Source of the DNA: an uncultured Bacillota bacterium
Lineage (GTDB): Bacteria; Bacillota_I; Bacilli_A; RFN20; CAG-826
Direction: 5' to 3'
Length of the DNA: 64,000 nucleotides
Assembly (NCBI GenBank): GCA_937876465.1
Contig: CALEHV010000044.1
Coordinates: forward strand, 9,841-73,840
Positions 1-8,788 of the stretch are shown in pieces. The position numbers were made by a program, and so were the translations under genes. Below the pieces are notes generated by a model. That model saw only the letters and a program-made list of their open reading frames with translations, searched no databases and was not told the origin of the DNA. Every line of letters begins with the position of its first letter. Within the stretch, counting starts at the first letter, position 1.

Positions 1-938
1 TTCAAATTAGAGAAAATCCTAAACATGTTATTTATGTTTGGATGGATGCTTTAACAAACTACATCACCGCTTTAGGTTACGATTCAGATAATCCAGAAAA
101 ATTTGAAAAATTCTGGGAAGATCCTGAATGTGAAATTGTTCATATTGTTGGAGCTGATATTTCACGTTTTCATGTTATTTATTGGCCTATGTTTTTAAAA
201 GGTCTTGGATTAAGACTTCCTAACAGAGTTTTTGTTCATGGACTTTTAGATATGAATGGCGAAAAAATGTCTAAATCTAGAGGCAATGTTGTTTCACCAC
301 TCCCAATGATTGACCGTTACGGCGTAGATACAGTTCGCTGGTTCTTAGCTAGAGAATTTGCTTTTGGAAGTGATGGAAGATTTACTCCAGAATTATTCTC
401 AGAACGCACAAATACAGATTTAGCTAACAACTTTGGTAACCTAATCAATCGTACTTCTGCAATGATTGTTAAGTATTTCAATGGCAAGGTTCCTTCACTC
501 TCAGAATTATCTGAAAAAGATAAAAATATGAGGGATTTGACGGAAAAAACAATCAAATCTTACGAAATTTTAATGGATGATTTGAAGATTTCTGAAGGTC
601 TAACCGCTGTTACTGAATTACTTGATGCAGGAAATAAGTATATTCAAGAAACAGAACCTTGGACATTAGCAAAAGAAGGAAAAACAGACGAATTAGGTAA
701 TGTTATGGCCATCCTTGTTAACACTATTATTGTTGGAACAAAATTATTGTCCCCTGTTCTAGTTGAAACATGTGAAAAGGTCTATGCCCAATTTGGAATT
801 AAAAAGGACCTTCAAAGCTATGATGTATGCAATAAGTTCTGCCCATTCGAAGGTGTTGAAGTTAGTAAGGGAAATCCTTTGTTCCCAAGACTTGATGTTG
901 CAGTTGAAACTGAGTTTATTAAATCAATTTCAAAATGA
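1..938 (+). CDS. metG: methionyl-tRNA synthetase, C-terminal ~310 aa (5' end off-window)
   Basis: The frame is open from the window edge (..HVIYVWMDALTNY..). The class I KMSKS loop is present as GEKMSKSRGN, followed by a helical anticodon-binding-type region. Stop at 936-938. Confidence 0.9.
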   Translation, partial: QIRENPKHVIYVWMDALTNYITALGYDSDNPEKFEKFWEDPECEIVHIVGADISRFHVIYWPMFLKGLGLRLPNRVFVHGLLDMNGEKMSKSRGNVVSPLPMIDRYGVDTVRWFLAREFAFGSDGRFTPELFSERTNTDLANNFGNLINRTSAMIVKYFNGKVPSLSELSEKDKNMRDLTEKTIKSYEILMDDLKISEGLTAVTELLDAGNKYIQETEPWTLAKEGKTDELGNVMAILVNTIIVGTKLLSPVLVETCEKVYAQFGIKKDLQSYDVCNKFCPFEGVEVSKGNPLFPRLDVAVETEFIKSISK

Positions 939-942
939 TAAC

Positions 943-972
943 AAAAAAGGTAGCTTTGCTACCTTTTTTATT
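943..972 (+). terminator. rho-independent terminator after metG
   Basis: Stem ggtagc (949-954) / gctacc (958-963), loop ttt, then a T-run at 964-969; A-run on the 5' side. Confidence 0.75.
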
Positions 973-1004
973 TTGTGATAAAATAAGTAAAAAGAGTTAA
1001 AATT

Positions 1005-1928
1005 ATGTTTATAAAAGTACCCGTTTCATTTATGGTTAAGAACATGGAAAAAGGTGACAAGAAATTTTTGAAAAACACCAAAAGTTTCGGAACATTTTCC
1101 ATTATGAAAGATTTGCCTTATATCGATGATGGAGACGAATATCATAAGCTTGACGTTCTTGCTCCTGTTTTAGGAAAAGAAAATAGTATTGTTTTGTTCT
1201 ATATTCATGGTGGAGCTTATCTTTATGGCAAAAAAGAATATGCTCAAATATTCAACTCTTGGTTTACCAATCAAGGATACACTGTTGTCTCTATTAACTA
1301 TCGTTTAATTGATCCAAGTGAAAATATTGATATTGAAGATCAAATTAGAGATGTCTTTACTGCAATTAAATTTGTTTATGAGTTTAGACACGAATATAAA
1401 TTAAACTTTGATAAATTTTGTTTGATGGGTGATTCTGCTGGAGGACACTTGTGCTTAATGACAGATTTAGTTATGCACTCAAAAGAACTCCAAAAATATT
1501 ACAAAATTAGTGATGTTCCACCAGTCAACATCAAATGCATTGCTTTGAATTCAACCATGTATAACTTTAAATCTCTTGTACCTTTAGCAAGAAAATATTT
1601 AACAAAAAAAGGCACGAAAAAAGTGCTTGGAAATCGTTGCTTTGATGACGATTTTATTAAACAAAATTCCCCAAAAAATTATGTAGAAAAAGGCTATAAA
1701 TTTTCACCTCTATTTAACTCGTCTTCATACCACGATTATTTCAATGGTCAATCCTTAGGATTGAAACATGACGCAAAAACATACAATTTAGATTTAGAAT
1801 TTTTGTTTGAAACAAGTCCACGTAAATGTATAGGACATATTTATAACCATTTCGTCTTTGACGATGAGGGTTTAAAGTGTAATAACGCAATGTCTGCTTT
1901 CTTTAAGAAACATTGCGGTGTTGAATAG
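1005..1928 (+). CDS. alpha/beta hydrolase, esterase/lipase (hormone-sensitive-lipase-like family)
   Basis: Oxyanion-hole motif HGGAY and nucleophile elbow GDSAGG in the right order and spacing. The start could also be an internal Met (1032 or 1044). Confidence 0.75.
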   Translation: MFIKVPVSFMVKNMEKGDKKFLKNTKSFGTFSIMKDLPYIDDGDEYHKLDVLAPVLGKENSIVLFYIHGGAYLYGKKEYAQIFNSWFTNQGYTVVSINYRLIDPSENIDIEDQIRDVFTAIKFVYEFRHEYKLNFDKFCLMGDSAGGHLCLMTDLVMHSKELQKYYKISDVPPVNIKCIALNSTMYNFKSLVPLARKYLTKKGTKKVLGNRCFDDDFIKQNSPKNYVEKGYKFSPLFNSSSYHDYFNGQSLGLKHDAKTYNLDLEFLFETSPRKCIGHIYNHFVFDDEGLKCNNAMSAFFKKHCGVE

Positions 1929-1956
1929 TCAAACAAACTTAAATATAATTACTCAT

Positions 1957-4584
1957 ATGAGTAAATTGAATCAGAATAAAACCCCTTATTTAGACGCTCT
2001 TAAAGAGTATGTAAATACAGATGTATTGCCACTTGATGTCCCTGGGCATCATATGGGAAATGTTTCAAACAAATTAAAAACTTTCCTTGGTGAAATGTCT
2101 TTTAGAGCTGATATTAACGCTCCAATTGGAATGGATAATTTAGCAAATCCACATGGAGTCCTTTTAGAAGCTGAAGAATTGATGGCAGATTTTTGCAATG
2201 CCGATAATGCATTCTTTTTAATCAATGGTACTTCTTCCGGAATCTTAGCAATGATTATGTCTGCTTGCAAAGCAAACGACAGAATCATTCTTCCAAGAAA
2301 CGTTCACAAATCAATCATTAGCGCATTAATTCTTTCTGGTGCTTCACCAGTTTATGTCGCACCTAAACTTGATGCCGAATTAGAGATTGCCAATCAACCA
2401 ACTGTTGAAGATTATATTAAAGCAATGCAACGTTATCCAACTGCTAAAGCAGTTTTTGTTATTAATCCGACATATTTCGGTGCAGTAAATGACTTAAAAC
2501 GCATTGTAAAAGAAGCACATTCTAGAGGAATGGCAGTTTTAGTTGATGAAGCCCACGGCGCTCATTATTATTTTGACGAAAAAGGACCTGTTTCAGCTAT
2601 GAAAGCAGGTGCTGATATGGCTTCGGTTTCATTCCACAAAACAGGCGGTTCACTTACTCAATCATCAGTCTTACTTTTAAAATCAGAAAAAATTACTAGA
2701 GAAAAGGTTCAAAAAACATTAAACATTTTAAATACAACCTCTCCATCAACAATTCTTATGGCATCTTTAGATGCGGCAAGACAATATCTTGCTACTAAAG
2801 GACAAGAAAATATAAATAGAGTTCATGAGTTGTCTGATTATGCTCGCGAAGAAATTGCAAAAATTAAAGGATTCATTCCAGTTAATAAAGAACACTTTAT
2901 CGAAAAAGGCTGTTATGATTACGATGAAACAAAATTAGTCATTCAACTTGAACATTTAGATATTGATGGTTTTGCTTTATACCACTTATTGAAAGAAAAA
3001 TATGATATCCAAGTTGAACTTGCAGAAACATATGTAATCATGGGCGTTTTGGCTATTGGAAATAACAAATCTCAGATGACACGCTTTATTAAAGCGTTGA
3101 AAGATGTTTCAAAGAATCACTACAACAAGAAAAATAAATTTAATAAACACGGATTTGGATGTGAATTCCCGTTCCAAATTATTCGTCCAAGAGCAGCTTT
3201 CCATGCTCCTGGAAAACGTGTTCCATTGAAGAAAGCAATCAATCAAATTTCTAAAGAATCCATTATGATTTATCCACCAGGAATACCTCTAATTGTTCCT
3301 GGAGAAGTTTTTACAAAAGAACTTGTTGAAAGAATTGAAGAATATAAGAAAATGAACTGCACAATCCTTAGTGATTATGGCGCAGATTTCGTAAACATAA
3401 TTGATACAGATCGTTGGAATATGTATCACGTCTATGCCCACAAACTTTCAGACTATCTCTTAAAGAGAATCTCTACTCCTAGAGGTGACGGATATGAAAT
3501 GCCATTTGAAGGCGATAAACACAGCGGAACTATTGTTCTTCTTCCATTTAGAAAAGATACTTGGAGAAATAACGCTGAACCAGCTTTAGCAAATTACAAA
3601 GAAGTAATCTATGCAATAGCTAAATATGAACCAGTTTATGTAGGTATCCATCCACTTATTTATAACAAAGTTATAAATGATTATACTGATAAGAAAAACA
3701 TTTTTCCAATTAAGATTAGATACAACGACGCTTGGGCAAGAGATAACACACCTATCTTTGTAATAAACGAAGATAAGATGCGTTTAGTTGATTTTAGATT
3801 CAATGCGTGGGGCGGAGAAGTTGACGGTCTTTATTCAAACTATAAAGATGACGATTTATTGTCTGGACGTTTGGCAAAACACTTTGGGGTTGAACGTTAT
3901 TATTTGGACGACTTCATTCTTGAAGGTGGATCTATTCATGTAGACGGCGAAAAAACATGTATGGTTACAAAAGCTTGTTTACTTTCAAAAGGAAGAAATC
4001 CACGCTTATCTCAAGTTGAAATTGAAGAACAATTAAAAGAATACTTGGGCGTAACTAAAGTTATTTGGCTTGAAAACGGAATTTATGAAGACGAAACAAA
4101 CGAACACGTTGATAATGTTGCATGCTTTATCAAACCTGGCGTTGTTGCACTAGCATGGACCGATGATAAAAACGATCCTCAGTATGAATTCTCATCAAAA
4201 GCTTATAAGTTATTGAAATCTGAAACAGATGCTATGGGTAGAAAGCTTCAAGTTATCAAAATTAAACTTCCTAAACCTATTTATATGTCAAAAGAAGAAG
4301 CTAATGGTATCAAAGCTAGTAAGTATGATGCAAAAGCAAGACTTACAGGTTCACGTTTAGCTGCTTCATATATCAACTTCTATCAAGGTGAAAAATTTGT
4401 TATCCTCCCTGCATTCGGAGTTCCTGAAGATAAGCTGGCTAAGGCTAAATTAGAGTCTTTATATCCGGACAAGGACATTATCCAAATTAAATCTAAAGAG
4501 ATTTTGTTAGGTGGAGGAAATATTCACTGCATTACTATGCAAATCCCATATCAAGAGGAGTTCAAAAAGAAAAATGAAAATTAA
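1957..4584 (+). CDS. bifunctional fusion: PLP-dependent arginine (Orn/Lys/Arg) decarboxylase N-terminal half + agmatine deiminase C-terminal half
   Basis: One uninterrupted ORF. The N-terminal half has the PLP-lysine motif SFHKTGGSLTQSS of the SpeA-type OKR decarboxylases. From about nt 3490 it has the typical AguA N-terminus (MPFEGDKH..TWRNNAEPA..YEPVYV) and the catalytic end GGGNIHCITMQIP. The ATG at 1957 is chosen because the track start at 1918 overlaps the upstream gene. Confidence 0.8.
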   Translation: MSKLNQNKTPYLDALKEYVNTDVLPLDVPGHHMGNVSNKLKTFLGEMSFRADINAPIGMDNLANPHGVLLEAEELMADFCNADNAFFLINGTSSGILAMIMSACKANDRIILPRNVHKSIISALILSGASPVYVAPKLDAELEIANQPTVEDYIKAMQRYPTAKAVFVINPTYFGAVNDLKRIVKEAHSRGMAVLVDEAHGAHYYFDEKGPVSAMKAGADMASVSFHKTGGSLTQSSVLLLKSEKITREKVQKTLNILNTTSPSTILMASLDAARQYLATKGQENINRVHELSDYAREEIAKIKGFIPVNKEHFIEKGCYDYDETKLVIQLEHLDIDGFALYHLLKEKYDIQVELAETYVIMGVLAIGNNKSQMTRFIKALKDVSKNHYNKKNKFNKHGFGCEFPFQIIRPRAAFHAPGKRVPLKKAINQISKESIMIYPPGIPLIVPGEVFTKELVERIEEYKKMNCTILSDYGADFVNIIDTDRWNMYHVYAHKLSDYLLKRISTPRGDGYEMPFEGDKHSGTIVLLPFRKDTWRNNAEPALANYKEVIYAIAKYEPVYVGIHPLIYNKVINDYTDKKNIFPIKIRYNDAWARDNTPIFVINEDKMRLVDFRFNAWGGEVDGLYSNYKDDDLLSGRLAKHFGVERYYLDDFILEGGSIHVDGEKTCMVTKACLLSKGRNPRLSQVEIEEQLKEYLGVTKVIWLENGIYEDETNEHVDNVACFIKPGVVALAWTDDKNDPQYEFSSKAYKLLKSETDAMGRKLQVIKIKLPKPIYMSKEEANGIKASKYDAKARLTGSRLAASYINFYQGEKFVILPAFGVPEDKLAKAKLESLYPDKDIIQIKSKEILLGGGNIHCITMQIPYQEEFKKKNEN

Positions 4585-5431
4585 AGTAGCAATCACTCAA
4601 ATGAGTTGTTCATCCAATTACGATGAAAATATTAAAAAAGCAATTTCTAACGTTGAAAAGTGCGCTAAAAAAGGTGCAAATATTGTACTTTTGCAGGAAT
4701 TATTCTCAAATTTGTATTTCTGCCAAGTAGAAGATTATGACAAATTTGAACTTGCTGAAGAACGCGCAAAATCACCACTTATCAAGATGTTTAAAGAGGT
4801 TGCAAAAAAGCATCATGTTGTTTTACCAATTTCATTTTTTGAAAAGAGTGGAAACAACTATTTTAATTCGCTAGTAATGATTGACGCAGACGGAAAAGAT
4901 TTAGGTTTATACAGAAAAACTCATATCCCAACTGGTCAATGTTATGAAGAAAAATTCTACTTCTCTCCAGGAGATACAGGATTTAAAGTTTTCAAAACAA
5001 AATTTGGTAAAGTTGGTATCGGAATATGCTGGGATCAATGGTTCCCTGAAACTGCAAGAATTTTAGCTCTAAAAGGTGCAGAAATTCTTCTTTATCCAAC
5101 CGCAATAGGAAGTGAACCAGTTTTAGTTCGTGATTCTATGCCACATTGGAGAAACACTATGTGTGGACATGCTGCTGCTAATATTATTCCAGTTTGCGCA
5201 TCCAACAGAGTTGGCGTTGAAAAAGCGCCAGGTTCAAGCATGGTATTCCAAGGCTATTCTTTTATTGCAAATCAATATGGTGAAGTTGTTGAATCAATGG
5301 ATCGTGAAGAAGAAGGCTTTAGAATTCACGAATTTGATTTAGATGAAATAAACAAAGAACGTGTATCATGGGGTGTTTTCCGTGATCGTCGTCCAGAATG
5401 CTATGGAGATTTAAAGAAATATTCAAAATAA
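4574..5431 (+). CDS. aguB: N-carbamoylputrescine amidase (nitrilase/CN-hydrolase superfamily)
   Basis: The E-K-C triad contexts are present (LLQELF, YRKTHIP, GIGICWDQWFPE). It lies directly downstream of the agmatine deiminase domain. The ATG at 4574 (MKIKVAITQ) overlaps the upstream stop by 11 nt. Confidence 0.85.
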   Translation: MKIKVAITQMSCSSNYDENIKKAISNVEKCAKKGANIVLLQELFSNLYFCQVEDYDKFELAEERAKSPLIKMFKEVAKKHHVVLPISFFEKSGNNYFNSLVMIDADGKDLGLYRKTHIPTGQCYEEKFYFSPGDTGFKVFKTKFGKVGIGICWDQWFPETARILALKGAEILLYPTAIGSEPVLVRDSMPHWRNTMCGHAAANIIPVCASNRVGVEKAPGSSMVFQGYSFIANQYGEVVESMDREEEGFRIHEFDLDEINKERVSWGVFRDRRPECYGDLKKYSK

Positions 5432-6397
5432 ATGAACAAGAACGATAAGAAAAAGGAACTTCATAAAGGGAAAGTGAATCCTAACTCGATTAAAGAGTTT
5501 AAAGTTCACGAGGAGTGCGAACTTCTTCCTTTTTTGATTTCAAAATTTCCACATCTTTCTCGTAACAGTGTTAAATCTATATTGTCTAACCATCAAATTG
5601 CTGTAGACGGTGCTCCAGTATCGCAATTTAATCTTAAATTAGCTAAAGATGACATAGTCATTGTTAGCAAAATGAGAATTTCTAAAAAACAAAGAAAAAA
5701 TCTTCCAATAATTTTTGAAAATAACGAATTTATTGTTATTAATAAACCTTCAGGATTGCTTAGTGTAGCTAGTGATACCGAAAAAGGTAGAACTGCTTAC
5801 CGCATGGTTTCTGATTATATGCAGCAACAGGATAAACATAACAGGATTTATGTCGTTCACAGACTTGATGAAGATACATCCGGAGTCCTTATGTTTGCAA
5901 AAAATCCAGAGATAAGAGATGCACTTCAAAAGGCATGGTCAGATATAGTTAAGTCTAGACGTTATTATGCAATTGTAGAAGGTGAGATGGAACAAAAAGA
6001 AGCCCATCTTGTGAATTATCTAAAAGAAAATTCACTTAACCTTATGTATGTAACTGCTAGAACAAATGATAAGGATGCAAAAAAATGTATAACCAATTAT
6101 AAGGTTGTACGTTCAAACGGCTCCTATTCACTCCTAGATATCAATATTGAAACTGGTCGTAAAAATCAGATTCGTGTTCAACTCGGAAATTTAGGACATT
6201 ATGTTATTGGTGATGATAAATATGGAGAACCGAGCGATCCGATTAAGAGATTAGGTTTACATTCATATGAATTAAGCTTTGTTCATCCAATTACTAATAA
6301 AATGTTTAAATTCACTGCACCAATGCCAGAGGAATTTAACAAAGTATTTAACAAACAAGAACCAAAACCACAATTTAAGAAAGGAAAGTCAAAATGA
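5432..6397 (+). CDS. RluA-family pseudouridine synthase with N-terminal S4-like domain
   Basis: Catalytic motif HRLDEDTSGVLMFAK, with KNQIRVQL near the C-terminus. The start abuts the aguB stop. Confidence 0.85.
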   Translation: MNKNDKKKELHKGKVNPNSIKEFKVHEECELLPFLISKFPHLSRNSVKSILSNHQIAVDGAPVSQFNLKLAKDDIVIVSKMRISKKQRKNLPIIFENNEFIVINKPSGLLSVASDTEKGRTAYRMVSDYMQQQDKHNRIYVVHRLDEDTSGVLMFAKNPEIRDALQKAWSDIVKSRRYYAIVEGEMEQKEAHLVNYLKENSLNLMYVTARTNDKDAKKCITNYKVVRSNGSYSLLDINIETGRKNQIRVQLGNLGHYVIGDDKYGEPSDPIKRLGLHSYELSFVHPITNKMFKFTAPMPEEFNKVFNKQEPKPQFKKGKSK

Positions 6398-7977
6398 TTA
6401 AAAACAGATATATAGCTGCATTCACATCATCTGCATTATCTATTGCTCCTATGATTGCGATCATTTTGATTTTGCATTTCACAGGTTTAGGAACAATTAC
6501 AATTGGAGATTCTTTAAATAATATTTGGTTGTTATTAATTGCAGCTGTTATTTTAATTTGCGGATTAGCTTTATTCCAAATCGGAGTTTCAAAAAGCTTG
6601 ACTAAAGTTGGAGAATATATGGGAGCTTCCCTTTCTAAACAGAAAAAACTTTTCGTCGTAATTATATTTACGTTTGCGTTAGGACTTTTAATTACTTGTG
6701 CTGAACCAAGTATTTTAGTCGTTTCAAAACAAGTAACCATTATAGATAATCCAACTCTTAATGCTGTTTTGCTAATTGGTGCAATTGCACTTGGTGTTGG
6801 TATCTTTGTTTCTATTGGTGTTATAAGAATTTTAAAACAAAAATCATTGAAGGTTTGTTACCTAATATTTTATGCTTTAACATTTATGTTAATTTGCATT
6901 ATTGCAATAGGTGACGAAAGTAAGAGAATGATGCTTCCATTTATCTTTGATTCCGGAGGAGTTACCACTGGTTCAGCGACTGTTCCTTTCATCCTTGCTA
7001 TGGGTGCTGGTGTTGCTGCTGTTCGTGGTGGCAAATATGCATCAGACGATTCCTTTGGTCTTGTTGGAATAGCTTCAGTTGGTCCAATTATTACAACTGC
7101 AATAATGATGCTCTTTTTAACAAAAATTCCACCATATGGTGAAATACATGTCGGTAATGCAGATGTATTGTCTTCCTTTTTAGCAGCATTATTACCTCAT
7201 AGTGATAACGGAACATTTGTTAACGGTTCGTTATTAGATGTTTTAATTGCTTTAGCACCAATAATGATTATTTTCTTCATTTACAACGCTTTGTTCTTAA
7301 AACTTCCAAGAAAACGTATTTATCAACTTTTATATGGATTTGGAATTACGTATGCTGGCTTATCATTGTTCCTTTGTGGAGCAAATGGCGGTATGACTCC
7401 AATTGGCAGACTTGTTGGACAAAACATCTCTGCACAAGATCCAATTGTGATTATTGTTGTCGCATTTATTATTGGTTTAGTTACAATCCTTTGTGAACCT
7501 GCTGTTCACGTATTAACCAAGCAAATCGTGGATATTTCTGCTGGTGGTATAAAGAAATTTACAGTCGTTGCAGTCTTATCACTTGGAGTTGGAACTGCTA
7601 TTTGTTTATCTGCAGTTAGAGCAATTTACAATTTCAGTATTTTGTATTATTTAATTCCGGGATACGCGATTGTTCTTATCTTAATGTTCTTCTGCCCAGA
7701 TATTTATACTGCAATGGCTTTTGACTCTGGCGGAACTGCATCAGGACCAATGTCATCGTCATTTGTTTTACCAATGATTATAGGTATCGTTGCAGCAAGA
7801 GAAGGAACAGATAAAATTTATGAAAACGGATTTGGCGTTGTGGCCTTAATTGCATTAACTCCGATTATTGCAATTGAACTCTTAGGAGTTGTTGAAACAA
7901 TTAAGAACCAAAAGAGACTTGCTATTATGAAGTCTGTTGTTTATGGTCCTGAAGACGCTCAGATTATTCACTTTTAA
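6394..7977 (+). CDS. DUF1538-family polytopic membrane protein (duplicated domain)
   Basis: 527 aa, almost entirely hydrophobic helices. The motif FDSGG(V/T)(T/A)(T/S)G occurs twice (internal duplication). It is followed by two P-II-like genes, the usual DUF1538 context. ATGA overlap with the upstream gene. Confidence 0.7.
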   Translation: MIKNRYIAAFTSSALSIAPMIAIILILHFTGLGTITIGDSLNNIWLLLIAAVILICGLALFQIGVSKSLTKVGEYMGASLSKQKKLFVVIIFTFALGLLITCAEPSILVVSKQVTIIDNPTLNAVLLIGAIALGVGIFVSIGVIRILKQKSLKVCYLIFYALTFMLICIIAIGDESKRMMLPFIFDSGGVTTGSATVPFILAMGAGVAAVRGGKYASDDSFGLVGIASVGPIITTAIMMLFLTKIPPYGEIHVGNADVLSSFLAALLPHSDNGTFVNGSLLDVLIALAPIMIIFFIYNALFLKLPRKRIYQLLYGFGITYAGLSLFLCGANGGMTPIGRLVGQNISAQDPIVIIVVAFIIGLVTILCEPAVHVLTKQIVDISAGGIKKFTVVAVLSLGVGTAICLSAVRAIYNFSILYYLIPGYAIVLILMFFCPDIYTAMAFDSGGTASGPMSSSFVLPMIIGIVAAREGTDKIYENGFGVVALIALTPIIAIELLGVVETIKNQKRLAIMKSVVYGPEDAQIIHF

Positions 7978-7988
7978 AGGAGGTATAT

Positions 7989-8387
7989 ATGGCTTTACTA
8001 AAAAAGAAGAAAAAAGACGAACAACAACCGTCATTAGACAAGGTTATTGATAAGAAGTTATGCTTATATATTTCCATTGTTAACGAAGGATATGCAAATT
8101 CGGTAATTGATGTCTTAAAGCATCAAGGATCCAGCGCTCAGTTTGTTCAAAAAGGACAAGGAACAGCAAAGAAAGAAATCAGAGATATTTTAGGTATTGA
8201 AGATAATGGAAAAGATATTGTTGTTTCTATAATTACTGAAGACAAAGTTAAAAACGCGAAAAATGCACTAAATGCAATTTTTATAGCAAACAAAAAGATA
8301 CAAGGTATTGCGTTTAAAGTCTCGCTATCAAGTATCATCGGTGTAAGGGTATATCAATTCCTTGCAGACATTATTAAGGAGAATTAG
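7989..8387 (+). CDS. P-II-like (GlnB-fold) small regulatory protein, N-terminally extended
   Basis: 132 aa. It has a beta-alpha-beta pattern resembling the next gene (..ISIVNEGYANSVIDVLK..GSSAQFV..GQGT..), with a good SD (aggaggt) 6 nt upstream. Confidence 0.55.
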   Translation: MALLKKKKKDEQQPSLDKVIDKKLCLYISIVNEGYANSVIDVLKHQGSSAQFVQKGQGTAKKEIRDILGIEDNGKDIVVSIITEDKVKNAKNALNAIFIANKKIQGIAFKVSLSSIIGVRVYQFLADIIKEN

Positions 8388-8389
8388 TT

Positions 8390-8704
8390 ATGGCAGAAAA
8401 AATTGAAATGGTAATCGCAATTGTAAACCGTGGTTTCTCAGAAGAAGTTATGGATGCTGCAAGAGCTGAAGGTGCTCGTGGCGGAACAATTATTAATGCT
8501 CGTGGAACAGGAACACCTGAACTCGAAAAGAAATATGGTATTTCAATCACTCCTGAAAAAGAAATGCTAATGATTTTAGTAAGTGCGGATATTGTTGATA
8601 ATGTTTTATCTGCAATCTATAAGAGAACAGGAATGGCGTCTAACGGCCAAGGTATTGTTTTCTCGGTTCCAGTTAGTGATGTTGTTGGAATTAAAGCTGC
8701 TTAA
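8390..8704 (+). CDS. P-II-like (GlnB-fold) small regulatory protein
   Basis: 104 aa. The pattern MVIAIVNRGFSEEVMDAARAEGARGGTIINARGTG...MLMILV...GIVFSVPV is a P-II-type fold pattern. Confidence 0.65.
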   Translation: MAEKIEMVIAIVNRGFSEEVMDAARAEGARGGTIINARGTGTPELEKKYGISITPEKEMLMILVSADIVDNVLSAIYKRTGMASNGQGIVFSVPVSDVVGIKAA

Positions 8705-8722
8705 TTCTTACCAAAAATATAT

Positions 8723-8750
8723 ACGCTCACACTGTGGGCGTTTTTATTTT
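8723..8750 (+). terminator. rho-independent terminator after the P-II-like genes
   Basis: Stem acgctca (8723-8729) / tgggcgt (8735-8741) including one G.U pair, loop cactg, then tttttatttt. Confidence 0.75.
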
Positions 8751-8788
8751 ATTCGCTCTAAACATTTATGTTGTGCTAAAATAACGCC

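Noticed and set aside
3499-4584. Agmatine deiminase as a separate gene starting at the internal ATG 3499
   Set aside because: There is no stop codon between the decarboxylase and deiminase parts in this assembly, so the fusion is called. Internal initiation remains possible and is mentioned in the finding.
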